Positions 1 to 9,389 of a stretch of 29,195 nucleotides of DNA are shown piece after piece (within the stretch, counting starts at the first letter, position 1; each line of letters begins with the position of its first letter). Origin of the DNA: an uncultured Myxococcales bacterium (lineage in GTDB: Bacteria; Myxococcota_A; Polyangia; Haliangiales; Haliangiaceae); assembly GCA_938004865.1 (NCBI GenBank), contig CALKVT010000185.1, positions 1 through 29,195 on the forward strand, written 5' to 3'. The position numbers and the translations under genes were made by a program. Under the pieces are notes generated by a model that saw only the letters and a program-made list of their open reading frames with translations, was not told the DNA's origin and did no database searches.

Positions 1-6
1 AGTGGC

Positions 7-639
7 GTGCTGCTGCGCCTGCAGCGGGGCCTCGAGGGCATGTATCGCGTCGCGACCGGCGTGTCGGTCGGCGACTTCGTGATCGACGACGACGCCCGCG
101 CCGCGCTCGGCGTCGCGCGCGCGCCGCGCGAGCAGCTGCTCGTCCACGAGGATGCCGACGGCGTCGACATCGGGCTCTTCGTCGACGCCGCCGTGCTCGC
201 CCGCCTGGCGACCCACGATCCGTCGGCGCGCCTCGACGACCAGAACGTGAGCGCGTTCCTCTACGCGCTCGAGGGTGTCAGCCACTTCGTCTACGCGGTC
301 GTGTGCGCGCACGCCGCGCGCGCCGTGTCGCCGCTCGAGCTCGAGCTCCAGGCCGAGGTCGACAAGTACGTCGTCTGCCTGCTCGCCGACGGCAGCGGGG
401 CGACGGCGAGCCCGCGCTGGCGGCGCCGCCTCTACGAGGAGTTCGAGCTCGAGCCCGACCTCGACGCCGAGGAGCGCGACCGCTACCGCGCCGCCAACGA
501 CGGCGCCCGCCGCTACACCGCGTCGCTCGAGCGCCGCTACGTGGCGCGCGGCGGCACGCTCGACATGCTCGCCGAGCTCCGCCGCTTCTATCGCCTGCCG
601 CTCGCCAGCAAGCTCGACCACATCGCCAAGGCAGCCTGA
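7..639 (+). CDS. Hypothetical protein with no domain recognised. The frame is open back to base 1, so it may be 5'-truncated by the window.
   Basis: 210-aa ORF with GTG at 7 and no stop in frame between base 1 and 7. Residue composition is varied (Y, F, K, D, E, C), unlike the R/A/P-rich shadow ORFs overlapping it (275..1915, 303..830). Confidence 0.55.
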   Translation: MLLRLQRGLEGMYRVATGVSVGDFVIDDDARAALGVARAPREQLLVHEDADGVDIGLFVDAAVLARLATHDPSARLDDQNVSAFLYALEGVSHFVYAVVCAHAARAVSPLELELQAEVDKYVVCLLADGSGATASPRWRRRLYEEFELEPDLDAEERDRYRAANDGARRYTASLERRYVARGGTLDMLAELRRFYRLPLASKLDHIAKAA

Positions 640-658
640 CGCCCGCGACGCCCGCGGC

Positions 659-1267
659 TCAGAAGCGGCCGCCGATCGCGAGGCCCGCGCGGTCGCGCGT
701 GAAGGTCGGTGCGACCGCCCAGCCGCGGGCGGCGCGCTCGCGCAGCCGCGCGTTGTGCTTGTGCGCCGCGCCGGGTGCGGTCGCGATGTCGAGGATCGTG
801 CCGAAGACGTACGCGGCGGCGCCGCCGTAGAGCAGGACCGCCCCGGGCGTCTCGTCGCAGTCCCCACCCTCGAAGCCGCATTCGCCGAGCAGGAGGAGCG
901 CGCCGACCATCACGCCGCCCGCGCCGGCGAGCCGCAGCGTGAGGCCATCCGTCCAGGGGTCGCCCGCGTACCAGTGGCCGAACGACGGCGCGAGGAAGGC
1001 GCCGAGCGCGCCGGTCGCCGCCAGCCCTTCGCTCTCCGCCAGGCCACTGCCGGTGGCGAGCACGTACGCGCCGATCGTGCCGCCGAGCGAGAGCGCGAGC
1101 GCCGTGCCCGGACTCCTCTCGCCCGGGAGCGGCCCGGTCGCGGGCGGCGGCGGGGGAAGTGGGCCGTAGGCAGGCGGGGGCGGACCGACCGGCGCGTTCC
1201 CGGGTTGTGCGGCCACGGTGTCAGCCACCGCGCAGAGCACCACGAACGCGACGGCGAGCCCCCTCAT
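659..1267 (-). CDS. Predicted signal-peptide-bearing integral membrane protein, paralog A of a tandem pair.
   Basis: ATG at 1267. N-terminus MRGLAVAFVVLCAVADTVAA|QP is signal-like, followed by a Pro-rich stretch and about 4 Gly/Ala-rich hydrophobic segments. Contains motif APSFGHWYAG and C-terminus GLAIGGRF. Lies 15 nt downstream of paralog 1283..1903. Confidence 0.7.
   Translation of the reverse strand: MRGLAVAFVVLCAVADTVAAQPGNAPVGPPPPAYGPLPPPPPATGPLPGERSPGTALALSLGGTIGAYVLATGSGLAESEGLAATGALGAFLAPSFGHWYAGDPWTDGLTLRLAGAGGVMVGALLLLGECGFEGGDCDETPGAVLLYGGAAAYVFGTILDIATAPGAAHKHNARLRERAARGWAVAPTFTRDRAGLAIGGRF
1216..1230. repeat. Intragenic perfect copy (inverted orientation) of the 15-nt motif CGGTGGCTGACACCG.
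   Basis: The + strand reads CGGTGTCAGCCACCG at 1216-1230. It encodes AVADTV within the signal peptide of CDS 659..1267, 37-51 nt downstream of its ATG. Confidence 0.9.
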
Positions 1268-1282
1268 CCCTCCATCATGCCA

Positions 1283-1903
1283 TCAGAAGCGGCCGCCGAC
1301 GGCGAGGCCGGCGCGACCGCTCCCGAAGGTCGGCCGCACCGTCACGTCACGGACACGCCCCTCGAGGCGCGCGTTGTGCTCGCGGGCGGCGCGCGGGGCG
1401 GTGGCGATGTCGTTCACCACGCCTCCGACGAACGCGACGCCGCCGCCGATCGCGAGCAGGAGTCCGGGATGGGCGCTGTCGTTGCAGCCCGGGAGGCAGT
1501 CGACGACGAACCACATGACGCCTGCGGTCGCGGCGCCGGCGCCGGCGAGGCGCCACTTGAGCCCCGTCGTCCAGCCCTGGCCCGCGTACCAGTGGCCGAA
1601 GCTCGGTGCCAGCCACACGCCGAGGGCGCCGGCCGTCCCGAGCGTCTCGTTCTCGGTGGCGTCCCCCAGGCTCACGAGCGCGATCGATCCGAGGGTGCCG
1701 CCGAGCGACAGGGCGAGCGCCATGTTCGGGTCCTTGCGCGAGCCGCGCGCGGCCTCCGCCGGTACGGGCGCCGGTGCCGCGGCACCCGTACCGGCCGGCG
1801 TGTTGAGCGGGCTCTGGGACGGCTGCGCCGCGGCCCCTCCGGGAGCGACCTCGAGCGCGAGGAGGAGGGCGAGGGCGGCGACGACGGCGCGGCGGAGCGG
1901 CAT
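1283..1903 (-). CDS. Predicted signal-peptide-bearing integral membrane protein, paralog B of a tandem pair.
   Basis: An internal ATG at 1903 (cat at 1901-1903) gives MPLRRAVVAALALLLALEVAPGGAAA. The 47-codon extension to 2044 in the ORF track is R/H/P-rich and runs through the intergenic repeat. Shares APSFGHWYAG, DIATAPxAAxxHNARL and GRAGLAxGGRF with 659..1267. Confidence 0.7.
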   Translation of the reverse strand: MPLRRAVVAALALLLALEVAPGGAAAQPSQSPLNTPAGTGAAAPAPVPAEAARGSRKDPNMALALSLGGTLGSIALVSLGDATENETLGTAGALGVWLAPSFGHWYAGQGWTTGLKWRLAGAGAATAGVMWFVVDCLPGCNDSAHPGLLLAIGGGVAFVGGVVNDIATAPRAAREHNARLEGRVRDVTVRPTFGSGRAGLAVGGRF

Positions 1904-1965
1904 GGATGGGCATAGAGCACGGCGCGGACCAAGCCTCGGAGCCCACATGATCCGCCGTGTTGCGT

Positions 1966-2009
1966 GTGACGGTGGCTGACACCGCGCGGGGTGACGGTGG
2001 CTGACACCG
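1966..2009. repeat. Two direct copies of GTGACGGTGGCTGACACCG (core palindrome CGGTG-N5-CACCG) with a 25-bp period, in a divergent intergenic region.
   Basis: Perfect 15-mers CGGTGGCTGACACCG at 1970-1984 and 1995-2009. They lie between the ATG at 1903 (minus gene) and the ATG at 2085 (plus gene). Confidence 0.9.
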
Positions 2010-2084
2010 TGACGCGCATGCCGTGGTTTCGGGGTTCGGGTCACAACGCGCGGGGGGCCGACTCCAACTGCGCGGAGGCCACGA

Positions 2085-3065
2085 ATGAACGGTTACGTCC
2101 AGACCCGCTGTCCCCGGTGCGGCAACGCCGCGTGGGGTCACCCCATGCAGGCAGTCCCTTGCAACTCGTGTGGACAGCACGTGCCGCCGATGGCCCAGCC
2201 CCAGGGCTGGGGCGCGGCGCCCGGCCTCGGCTCGTTCGGCGCGGTCCCTGGCATGCCGCAGTCGCACCCGCAGCCGCAGCAGCAGCCGCAGGCGTCGTGG
2301 GGCGCGCCCCCTCCCGTCGCCAGCGCGCAGCCGCCGGGCATGGCGGGCTTCGGTCAGCCGGCCCCCGGGTTCGCGCAGCCGCCGCAGCAGGCCGCGCCCG
2401 CGGCCGCCGGCGGGCAGCAGATGCACATGAACCTCCCCTACGGCCTGAAGCTCCCGATCAACGTCGGCGGCAAGGGCATGAAGCTGAAGATCATCGGCGG
2501 CGTGGTCCTCGCGATCGCGCTCGCCGCCGCCGGCGTGTTCTTCAAGGTGAAGAAGACGCCCAAGGGCATGCTCTCGTACGCGTCGATCGGACTGTCCGGC
2601 AAACCGGACGCCGATCTCGCCTACGCGAACCTCGCGAAGGACGCCAGGAAGTGGAAGAAGGACGCCGCCCTCTGGTCGGTGAACTTCCAGGCGGTGCGCG
2701 CCGACGGCACGATCGACGTCGGCCGCGGCGCCGAGGTCGTGTACGTGTCTCCCGGCGCGTCGTCGTCACACGCCAAGAGCGTGCGCTCGGACTCGGTGCG
2801 CAAGTACGGGCTCACCGCGAGCGGCGTGAAGCCGGCCAAGTACGGCTGGAACGACGTCGTCGAGGGCATCGAGGCGCACCCCGAGCCGCAGTGCAAGATC
2901 AAGGACGTCGTGGAGATCCTCAAGAAGCAGGGGCTCACCAGCGACAAGACCGTCCGCATCACGTTCGACCCCAAGTTCGCCGACTTCTACGCGTGGCGCG
3001 TCATCGGCGACGACCCGAAGATCGACGCGCTGTTCGGGTGGTCCGACTGCCAGCCGATCAAGTAG
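2085..3065 (+). CDS. Hypothetical single-pass membrane protein with an N-terminal Zn-ribbon, a Pro/Gln-rich linker, a TM helix and a C-terminal globular domain.
   Basis: ATG at 2085 preceded by GGAGG (2074-2078). Contains CPRC...CNSC four-Cys pairs, a PQ-rich low-complexity region and the hydrophobic helix IIGGVVLAIALAAAGVFF. The C-terminal 170 aa have varied composition. Confidence 0.7.
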   Translation: MNGYVQTRCPRCGNAAWGHPMQAVPCNSCGQHVPPMAQPQGWGAAPGLGSFGAVPGMPQSHPQPQQQPQASWGAPPPVASAQPPGMAGFGQPAPGFAQPPQQAAPAAAGGQQMHMNLPYGLKLPINVGGKGMKLKIIGGVVLAIALAAAGVFFKVKKTPKGMLSYASIGLSGKPDADLAYANLAKDARKWKKDAALWSVNFQAVRADGTIDVGRGAEVVYVSPGASSSHAKSVRSDSVRKYGLTASGVKPAKYGWNDVVEGIEAHPEPQCKIKDVVEILKKQGLTSDKTVRITFDPKFADFYAWRVIGDDPKIDALFGWSDCQPIK

Positions 3066-3184
3066 CCGTTCTGCGCGTGAGCTTGCTTGCGGGAGCAACG
3101 AGCACCGGGGAGATCTCACACGATTTCGCTTGAGCGCGAACCCACTCGCACCTACCGTGCGCCTCTTCCTGCTGGGGAGCACGG

Positions 3185-4060
3185 ATGGAAGACACCGATC
3201 AAATGTTGCGGGTGACGACGCCGTTCGTCCGCCCCGGGCTCGAGACGCTCGGGATCGACGGCCCGCTGGACTTCACGCCGACGACCGCGCCCGGTAACAC
3301 GCCGGGCACGCCGCGGCGCCGCCTGGCGCGCGGCACGGTCGCGCCGCCGGTCGAGCTCCTGACGCTGCCGACGCCCGCGCTGCCGGTGCGCCTCATCGAC
3401 CCGCCGACCCGCTGGGGCTACCGCGTGCGCGTCGATCTCGACGCCGCGCGCTTCCTCACGCCGCCCGAGCTGGCGCCGGTGTCCGGCGAGATCGACACCG
3501 CGCCGGTGCGCCGGATCGAGGGCACGCCGTGGCGGCTCGTCATTCCGCTCGCCGCGGCGATCCTCGTGGTGCTGTCGGCGATCTACGTCGTCCTGAACGA
3601 CAGGCGAACGACGGTCAGCGAGCACGTTCGTGCTGAGCGAGCGACGAGCGTGAGCGAGGCGCGAGTCGAAGCGCGTGCGGCTGTCCCTCCGACCGTCGTC
3701 ATCCCGCTCCCGGCGGAGCCGGCGGTCGCCCCGGACGCTGACGACGCCGACGACGCCGACGAGATCGAGATGCCGGCGCACGACATCGCGCCCGCGGTGG
3801 CGGCGCCCGCCGCCCCGGCCACGCCTGCGGCCACCCACGGCACGCTCATGATCGGCTCCAAGCCGCCGTGCCGCATCCTCGTCGACGGCAAGGACACGGG
3901 CCTCACCACGCCCAACCGCAGCGTCCGCGTGCCCGCCGGGCGCCGCACGATCACGCTCGTGAACGACGACCTCGGCATCCGCCACAGCGAGACCGTCACG
4001 ATCACCGGCGGCCGCAAGGCCAAGCTGATCCGCGATCTCACGGACCGCATCGACAGCTGA
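3185..4060 (+). CDS. Membrane-anchored protein with a C-terminal PEGA-like domain.
   Basis: ATG at 3185 with GGGAG upstream. TM helix WRLVIPLAAAILVVLSAIYVVL. The C-terminus GTLMIGSKPPCRILVDGKDTGLTTPNRSVRVPAGRRTITLVNDDLG...VTITGGRKAKL matches the PEGA pattern recalled from Pfam. Confidence 0.65.
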   Translation: MEDTDQMLRVTTPFVRPGLETLGIDGPLDFTPTTAPGNTPGTPRRRLARGTVAPPVELLTLPTPALPVRLIDPPTRWGYRVRVDLDAARFLTPPELAPVSGEIDTAPVRRIEGTPWRLVIPLAAAILVVLSAIYVVLNDRRTTVSEHVRAERATSVSEARVEARAAVPPTVVIPLPAEPAVAPDADDADDADEIEMPAHDIAPAVAAPAAPATPAATHGTLMIGSKPPCRILVDGKDTGLTTPNRSVRVPAGRRTITLVNDDLGIRHSETVTITGGRKAKLIRDLTDRIDS

Positions 4061-4075
4061 ACGCCTGTCGGCTCG

Positions 4076-4966
4076 TCACGGGCGCAGGACGCGGTTGTCG
4101 ATGAGCCGCGTCGTGCCGACGAACACCGCCAGCGCCATCACCGCCGGCCGCGTCACCGTCTCGACCGGCGTGAGCTCGTCGGCGTCGCGCAACTCGACGT
4201 AGTCGATCCGCGCCGACGCCGCCGCCGCGATCGGCGCGCGCGCCGCGGCCACCAGCGCCGCGCCGTCGCGCTCGCCGCCCCGGAACGCCGCCTCGGCCGC
4301 CGCCAGCCCCGCCGACAGCGACAGGGCGTCGCGCCGCTCGTCGGGCGACAGGTACGCGTTGCGCGAGCTCATGGCCAGCCCGTCCGCTTCCCGGACGATC
4401 GGCATGCCGACGATCTCGACGCCCTGATCGAGGTCGCGCACCATGCGCCGGATCACCGCGAGCTGCTGGAAGTCCTTCTCGCCGAAGAAGGCGACGTGGG
4501 GCTGGGTCAGGTTGAACAGCTTGGTCACCACCGTCGCCACGCCCGCGAAGTGCCCCGGCCGCTTCTCGCCGCACAGCGGCCTCGCCAGCTCGCGCACCTC
4601 GACGAACGTCTGCGCGCCGGGCGCGTACATGGCCGCGGCGTCGGGGCAGAAGGCCAGGTCGACGCCGCACGGGCGCGCCTTGGCCAGGTCGCCGTCCTCG
4701 TCGCGCGGGTAGCGCGACAGGTCCTCCCTGGGTCCGAACTGCGTCGGGTTGACGAAGATCGTCAGGATGACGACGTCGGCGCGCGCGCGCGCCGCCCGCA
4801 GGAGCGACAGGTGCCCCTCGTGCAGGTAGCCCATCGTCGGCACGACGGCGATGCGCAGCCCGTCGCGCCGGAGGTCCTCGACCCGTGCGCGCATGGCCCG
4901 CGGGTCGCGGATGATCTCGAACGGCAGGCGCGACGGCAGCGCGGCGTCCGGTCCCGTGGCGCCCAT
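4076..4966 (-). CDS. panC: Pantoate--beta-alanine ligase (pantothenate synthetase).
   Basis: Hallmark PanC motifs: VPTMGYLHEGHLSL, IFVNPTQFGP, RPGHFAGVATVVTKLFN, FGEKDFQQL, AMSSRN. Lies 9 nt downstream of panB. Confidence 0.95.
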   Translation of the reverse strand: MGATGPDAALPSRLPFEIIRDPRAMRARVEDLRRDGLRIAVVPTMGYLHEGHLSLLRAARARADVVILTIFVNPTQFGPREDLSRYPRDEDGDLAKARPCGVDLAFCPDAAAMYAPGAQTFVEVRELARPLCGEKRPGHFAGVATVVTKLFNLTQPHVAFFGEKDFQQLAVIRRMVRDLDQGVEIVGMPIVREADGLAMSSRNAYLSPDERRDALSLSAGLAAAEAAFRGGERDGAALVAAARAPIAAAASARIDYVELRDADELTPVETVTRPAVMALAVFVGTTRLIDNRVLRP

Positions 4967-4975
4967 GGCCTGGCC

Positions 4976-5836
<861 letters not shown>

Positions 5837-5896
5837 GTTGTCCTGGGTCGCCGTCCGTGGAGTGGATCGACGCCTACCGACATCATGGGACCGTTT

Positions 5897-7312
5897 TCAC
5901 TCGCCTGCAACCACCGGGATGCGAACCACGGCGTACGTGTTGGCCGGCGGGCGAGGAAGGCTCAGCGAGAGCCCGAGCTTCTCGAGACACTCCAGCGCCT
6001 GGTTGCGCGCGCTGTCGGCGACGCCGGGCTCCCACACCATCGGCTCGGCGTGGACCCCGGGCTGGAGCAAGGTCGGCGTACGCGGCGCGAGGACGACCGG
6101 GCCCGGCGGACGGTGGTGCCCGCGCTTCACGACCGGGGGAGGCGGGCGGGTCGGCCTCGTCGGCTTGGCCGGCTTGACCGGCTTCGGCGGTGGCAACGCC
6201 TTCACCGGACCCATCTGCGTGATGCGCAGCTCGACGTAGACCTCGGGGACCGGCGCGACACACGCGCGCAAGCTCGGCATCGCGGCGCGCACGGCCTTCT
6301 CGATCGCCGCGCGATCGCCCGAGCCCTGCACGTCGACGTGCGCCGCGAAGTCGACGGCGACCAGCGCGTCGACGTGCTCCTGCGCGCGCGCGCGCCACGG
6401 ATCCTCGGGCGGCGCCTTGGCCAGGAACATGCGGAAGAGGGCGAGCGCGCGCCCCGGCCGGTGGCGCCACCCGAACGCCTGCAGGTACCAGGTGTCGTGC
6501 GCGGGCACGTACGACAGCGGCTCCGACACGCCGGTCACCGTGCCGACGTCACCGGCGTCGGCGGCGATCGCGTCGGCCTCGCCGGGGCGGCGCGCGCGGT
6601 CGTACGCGATCGCGAGCAGCCAGCGCGCGCGCCGCTGACCGATCCGTTCGTTGCGTGCCTGCTCGAACGCGGTGATCGCCTCGCCGAGGCGACCGGCCGC
6701 CATGTACACCTCGCCGAGGCGCAGCCAGCTCTCGCCCGTCGTCTGGCCGCGCGCCACGAGCGCCTCGAGCGCGAGCGTCGCGCGTTCGATGTCGCCGCTG
6801 CGCGCCAGGCACGTCGCCCAGCCGAGCTCGAGCGGTCGCGAGCCGGCGGCGCGGGCGGCCGCCGAGGGGTCCGACTTGCTCTGCAGGGCCGCCGGCAGCC
6901 AGGTCGGATCGATCGCGTACGCCCTGGCGTAGGCCTCGGCGCACAGCTTCCAGTCCATCGGCCTGGCGCCGGCGGCCTTCGCGATCTGCTCGCTCGCCAC
7001 GCCGAGGTAGGCCCATCCGGTGACGAGATCGGGGCGCAGCGCCGTGGCCTCGAGCATGAGCTCGCGCGCGCGCTTCCAGTCCCCGGCGCGGGCGCGCAGG
7101 ATCTCGGTGGCGGCGTCGACGAGCTGCTGGTAGCGGCGCGCGCCGGGTCGGATGACCTCCTCCCAGAAGTCGCTCCGCGCTTCGGCCTCGGCCTCCTTGT
7201 CGACCGGCGGCGGCGGGTGGCGCTTCGACTGCGCCGCGGCCGGCGCGGCGAGGGCGACGGTGGCGGCCGCGACGAGGGCGGTGGCCGCGAGGTGCGCGGC
7301 GCGGGCGTTCAT
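5897..7312 (-). CDS. Secreted TPR-like repeat protein with a Pro-rich C-terminal region (third gene of a coupled TPR trio).
   Basis: ATG at 7312 gives MNARAAHLAATALVAAATVALAAPAAAQ, a signal peptide. The track's extension to 8017 is R/P-rich and overlaps the upstream gene. Helical repeat content, then PPPKPVKPAKPTRPTRPPPP. The ATG overlaps the upstream TGA (ATGA at 7309-7312). Confidence 0.8.
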   Translation of the reverse strand: MNARAAHLAATALVAAATVALAAPAAAQSKRHPPPPVDKEAEAEARSDFWEEVIRPGARRYQQLVDAATEILRARAGDWKRARELMLEATALRPDLVTGWAYLGVASEQIAKAAGARPMDWKLCAEAYARAYAIDPTWLPAALQSKSDPSAAARAAGSRPLELGWATCLARSGDIERATLALEALVARGQTTGESWLRLGEVYMAAGRLGEAITAFEQARNERIGQRRARWLLAIAYDRARRPGEADAIAADAGDVGTVTGVSEPLSYVPAHDTWYLQAFGWRHRPGRALALFRMFLAKAPPEDPWRARAQEHVDALVAVDFAAHVDVQGSGDRAAIEKAVRAAMPSLRACVAPVPEVYVELRITQMGPVKALPPPKPVKPAKPTRPTRPPPPVVKRGHHRPPGPVVLAPRTPTLLQPGVHAEPMVWEPGVADSARNQALECLEKLGLSLSLPRPPANTYAVVRIPVVAGE

Positions 7313-8352
7313 GGGATGGGGGCCCCGCGCTCCCAGTCGCGGGTCGCGTCGACGGGCTTGCGCTTGCTGCGCCGCTCGACGAGGGCGGCGCGGTTGGCGC
7401 GGGCGCGGGGCGCGAACTGCGGGTGCGCGCCGGAGGCGAGGAACTCGTCGTAGTAACGGATCGCGGCCTCGTCGATGCCGTTGGCCTCGTAGCCGAGCGC
7501 CAGGTAGTAGTAGGCCTCGCCCTCGGGGACGTAGAACACGTCGCGGGAGACGATCGCGGCCTCGAGATCGCGGACGCCGCGGATGCCGAACGAGCGGAGG
7601 ATCGTCCGCGCCTGCTGGCCCTGCTCGTCGCGATCGAGCGCGACCGCGAGCCCGAAATAGAGCGAGACGCCCTGCGCCAGCTCGAGCGTGCGCCCGTACT
7701 GGATGATCGCGGCGTCGAGATCGCCCAGCATCATCTCGGTCTCGGCGAGGTTGCCGGACGCGAGGGCTCCGAACCGGTTCTGGCGTGGGGTGACGCGGGC
7801 GAGGAGCTTCTTGTAGTCGTCGCGGGCGTGCGCGAGGTGCTCCGCCGTGGCGAGCTTGGTGTGCAGGATCGCGCGCTCGAAGAGGATGTCGTCCTCGAGC
7901 CGCGGATCGAGCGGCGCCTTGGCCTCGAAGGCGTCCCAGTGCCGGATGACCCGCCGGGCGTGACGCTGGAACGTGTCGGCCCCGCGGCAGAGCGCGGCCG
8001 CCTCGTGCGGGTTGCACTCGAGGTAGAAGCGCAGGATCGCGGCGGCGGCGCGGAAGTGCGGCTCGGGCGCGTCGGGGCGCGCGCGGGTGGCGGCCTCGTA
8101 GGACTCGATCGCGAGCTTGAGCTCCTTCTCACGCGACGCCCGCATCGTCGCCGCGACCGCCAAGTCGAGGTGGGTGTCGCCGTCGAACATCGCCTGGTCG
8201 TAGGCGCGCTGGGCGATCTCGTCCTCGGGATCGCGGGCGAGAGACTTCCACGTGTCCTCGGGATCGCGCACCCGGCGCGCACCGTCGTCGGCGAGCGCGG
8301 GCGTGGCGGCGACGCCGAGCGCGAGCGCGAGCGCGAGGACGCGCGTGCTCAC
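7309..8352 (-). CDS. Secreted TPR-like repeat protein (second gene of the trio).
   Basis: GTG at 8352 gives (M)STRVLALALALGVAATPALADD, a signal peptide, followed by helical repeat composition. GTGA overlap with the upstream stop (8349-8352) and ATGA overlap with the downstream start. Confidence 0.8.
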   Translation of the reverse strand: MSTRVLALALALGVAATPALADDGARRVRDPEDTWKSLARDPEDEIAQRAYDQAMFDGDTHLDLAVAATMRASREKELKLAIESYEAATRARPDAPEPHFRAAAAILRFYLECNPHEAAALCRGADTFQRHARRVIRHWDAFEAKAPLDPRLEDDILFERAILHTKLATAEHLAHARDDYKKLLARVTPRQNRFGALASGNLAETEMMLGDLDAAIIQYGRTLELAQGVSLYFGLAVALDRDEQGQQARTILRSFGIRGVRDLEAAIVSRDVFYVPEGEAYYYLALGYEANGIDEAAIRYYDEFLASGAHPQFAPRARANRAALVERRSKRKPVDATRDWERGAPIP

Positions 8353-9389
8353 CGGCGCCTCCGCGACGACGCGCCCGGGCGCCGCTCGGCGAGGATGCGG
8401 TCGACCGCCTCGAGGTGCGCGCGGGCGCGCGCGGTGCCGCCGGCGAGCGGCAGCCGCACGTACGCCGCCCACTCGGTGCGCGCCTCGTGCAGGAAGCCGG
8501 CGGTCTCGTACATGAAGGCCCGAGCGTAATGGATCTCGGCCGCCGGCACAGGGGGCGCGAGCGCGAGGCCGGCCTCCATGCGCTCGGCGTACGAGCTGGT
8601 GAGCGCGGTCTGCGCCCGCACCACGAGCTCGAACGCGTGCGACACCTGCTCGTCGCGATCGTAGAGCAGGGCGAGCGTGAGCCACTCGAGCGACTCCTCG
8701 ACGTCCCAGTTGCCCGACGCCGCCTCGACGCGCGGGCGCAGGAGGTCGATCGCGTCGGCGGTGAGGCCGGCGCCGTCGAGCGCGTGGGCGAGGTACACCG
8801 ACGCGATCGTCTGGGTGCGCCGGTCGGGGCGCTCGCTCAGCACGAGGCGCAGCGGCGCGATCGCGTCGGCGGGGCGGCCGCGGCGGAGCGCGAGCTTGCC
8901 GAGCCGCACGAGCGCGTCGCTGCGCGCGGCGCCGCGCGGCGCCCGCTGCGACGCCTCGGTGAGGAAGCGGACGGCCTCGGGCGTGCGGCCGGCCTCGTCG
9001 GCGAGCGCGCCCAGGTAATAGACGACCTCGAGGTCGCCGGGGTCGAGCGAGCGCGCGTGGCGCGCCATGCGGGTCGCCTCGGCGAGCACGCGCGCCCGGT
9101 GGTCGGGGTTCCAGTCGGCGGCGACGATCGCGAGCGCGTCCTTGAGCTGCAGCTTGATCGCCGAGACCTCGTCACGGTGGGGCGACACCACTTCCCCCCA
9201 GAACTCGCCGTGATCGCGCACATCTGGATCCCGCTGCGGCGCCCCGGCGGCCGGCCCCGGCGCGGCGGCCAGCCCGAGGGCGAGGGCGGCGGCCGAGACG
9301 GCTACGGCGGAGGCGAGGGCGCGCACGACCCCGTGAGTATGCGCGCCACGATCGGGTGGCACCACCCCGCTCCCGCGGGTGGCTGACAC
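8349..9389 (-). CDS. Secreted TPR-like repeat protein (first gene of the trio). The likely true start is the GTG at 9326.
   Basis: The signal-like segment VRALASAVAVSAAALALGLAAAPGPAAGA begins at GTG 9326. The ATG at 9389 would place the first codons inside the intergenic motif array. Shares the post-signal motif (E/D)FWxEVxxP with 5897..7312. Confidence 0.75.
   Translation of the reverse strand: MSATRGSGVVPPDRGAHTHGVVRALASAVAVSAAALALGLAAAPGPAAGAPQRDPDVRDHGEFWGEVVSPHRDEVSAIKLQLKDALAIVAADWNPDHRARVLAEATRMARHARSLDPGDLEVVYYLGALADEAGRTPEAVRFLTEASQRAPRGAARSDALVRLGKLALRRGRPADAIAPLRLVLSERPDRRTQTIASVYLAHALDGAGLTADAIDLLRPRVEAASGNWDVEESLEWLTLALLYDRDEQVSHAFELVVRAQTALTSSYAERMEAGLALAPPVPAAEIHYARAFMYETAGFLHEARTEWAAYVRLPLAGGTARARAHLEAVDRILAERRPGASSRRRR

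Noticed and set aside
1904-2044. N-terminal extensions proposed by the ORF track for several genes (1283..2044, 5897..8017, 7309..8685, 15521..15940, 21678..23087, 25411..26814).
   Set aside because: In each case an internal start immediately precedes a clear signal peptide or follows an RBS or overlap-coupled stop. The extension is R/P/H-rich and overlaps the upstream gene or an intergenic repeat.
4051-4070. Short hairpin CGACAG-N8-CTGTCG between the convergent PEGA and panC genes as a terminator.
   Set aside because: It has only a 6-bp stem with no U-tract on either strand and overlaps the stop codon, which is too weak to call.
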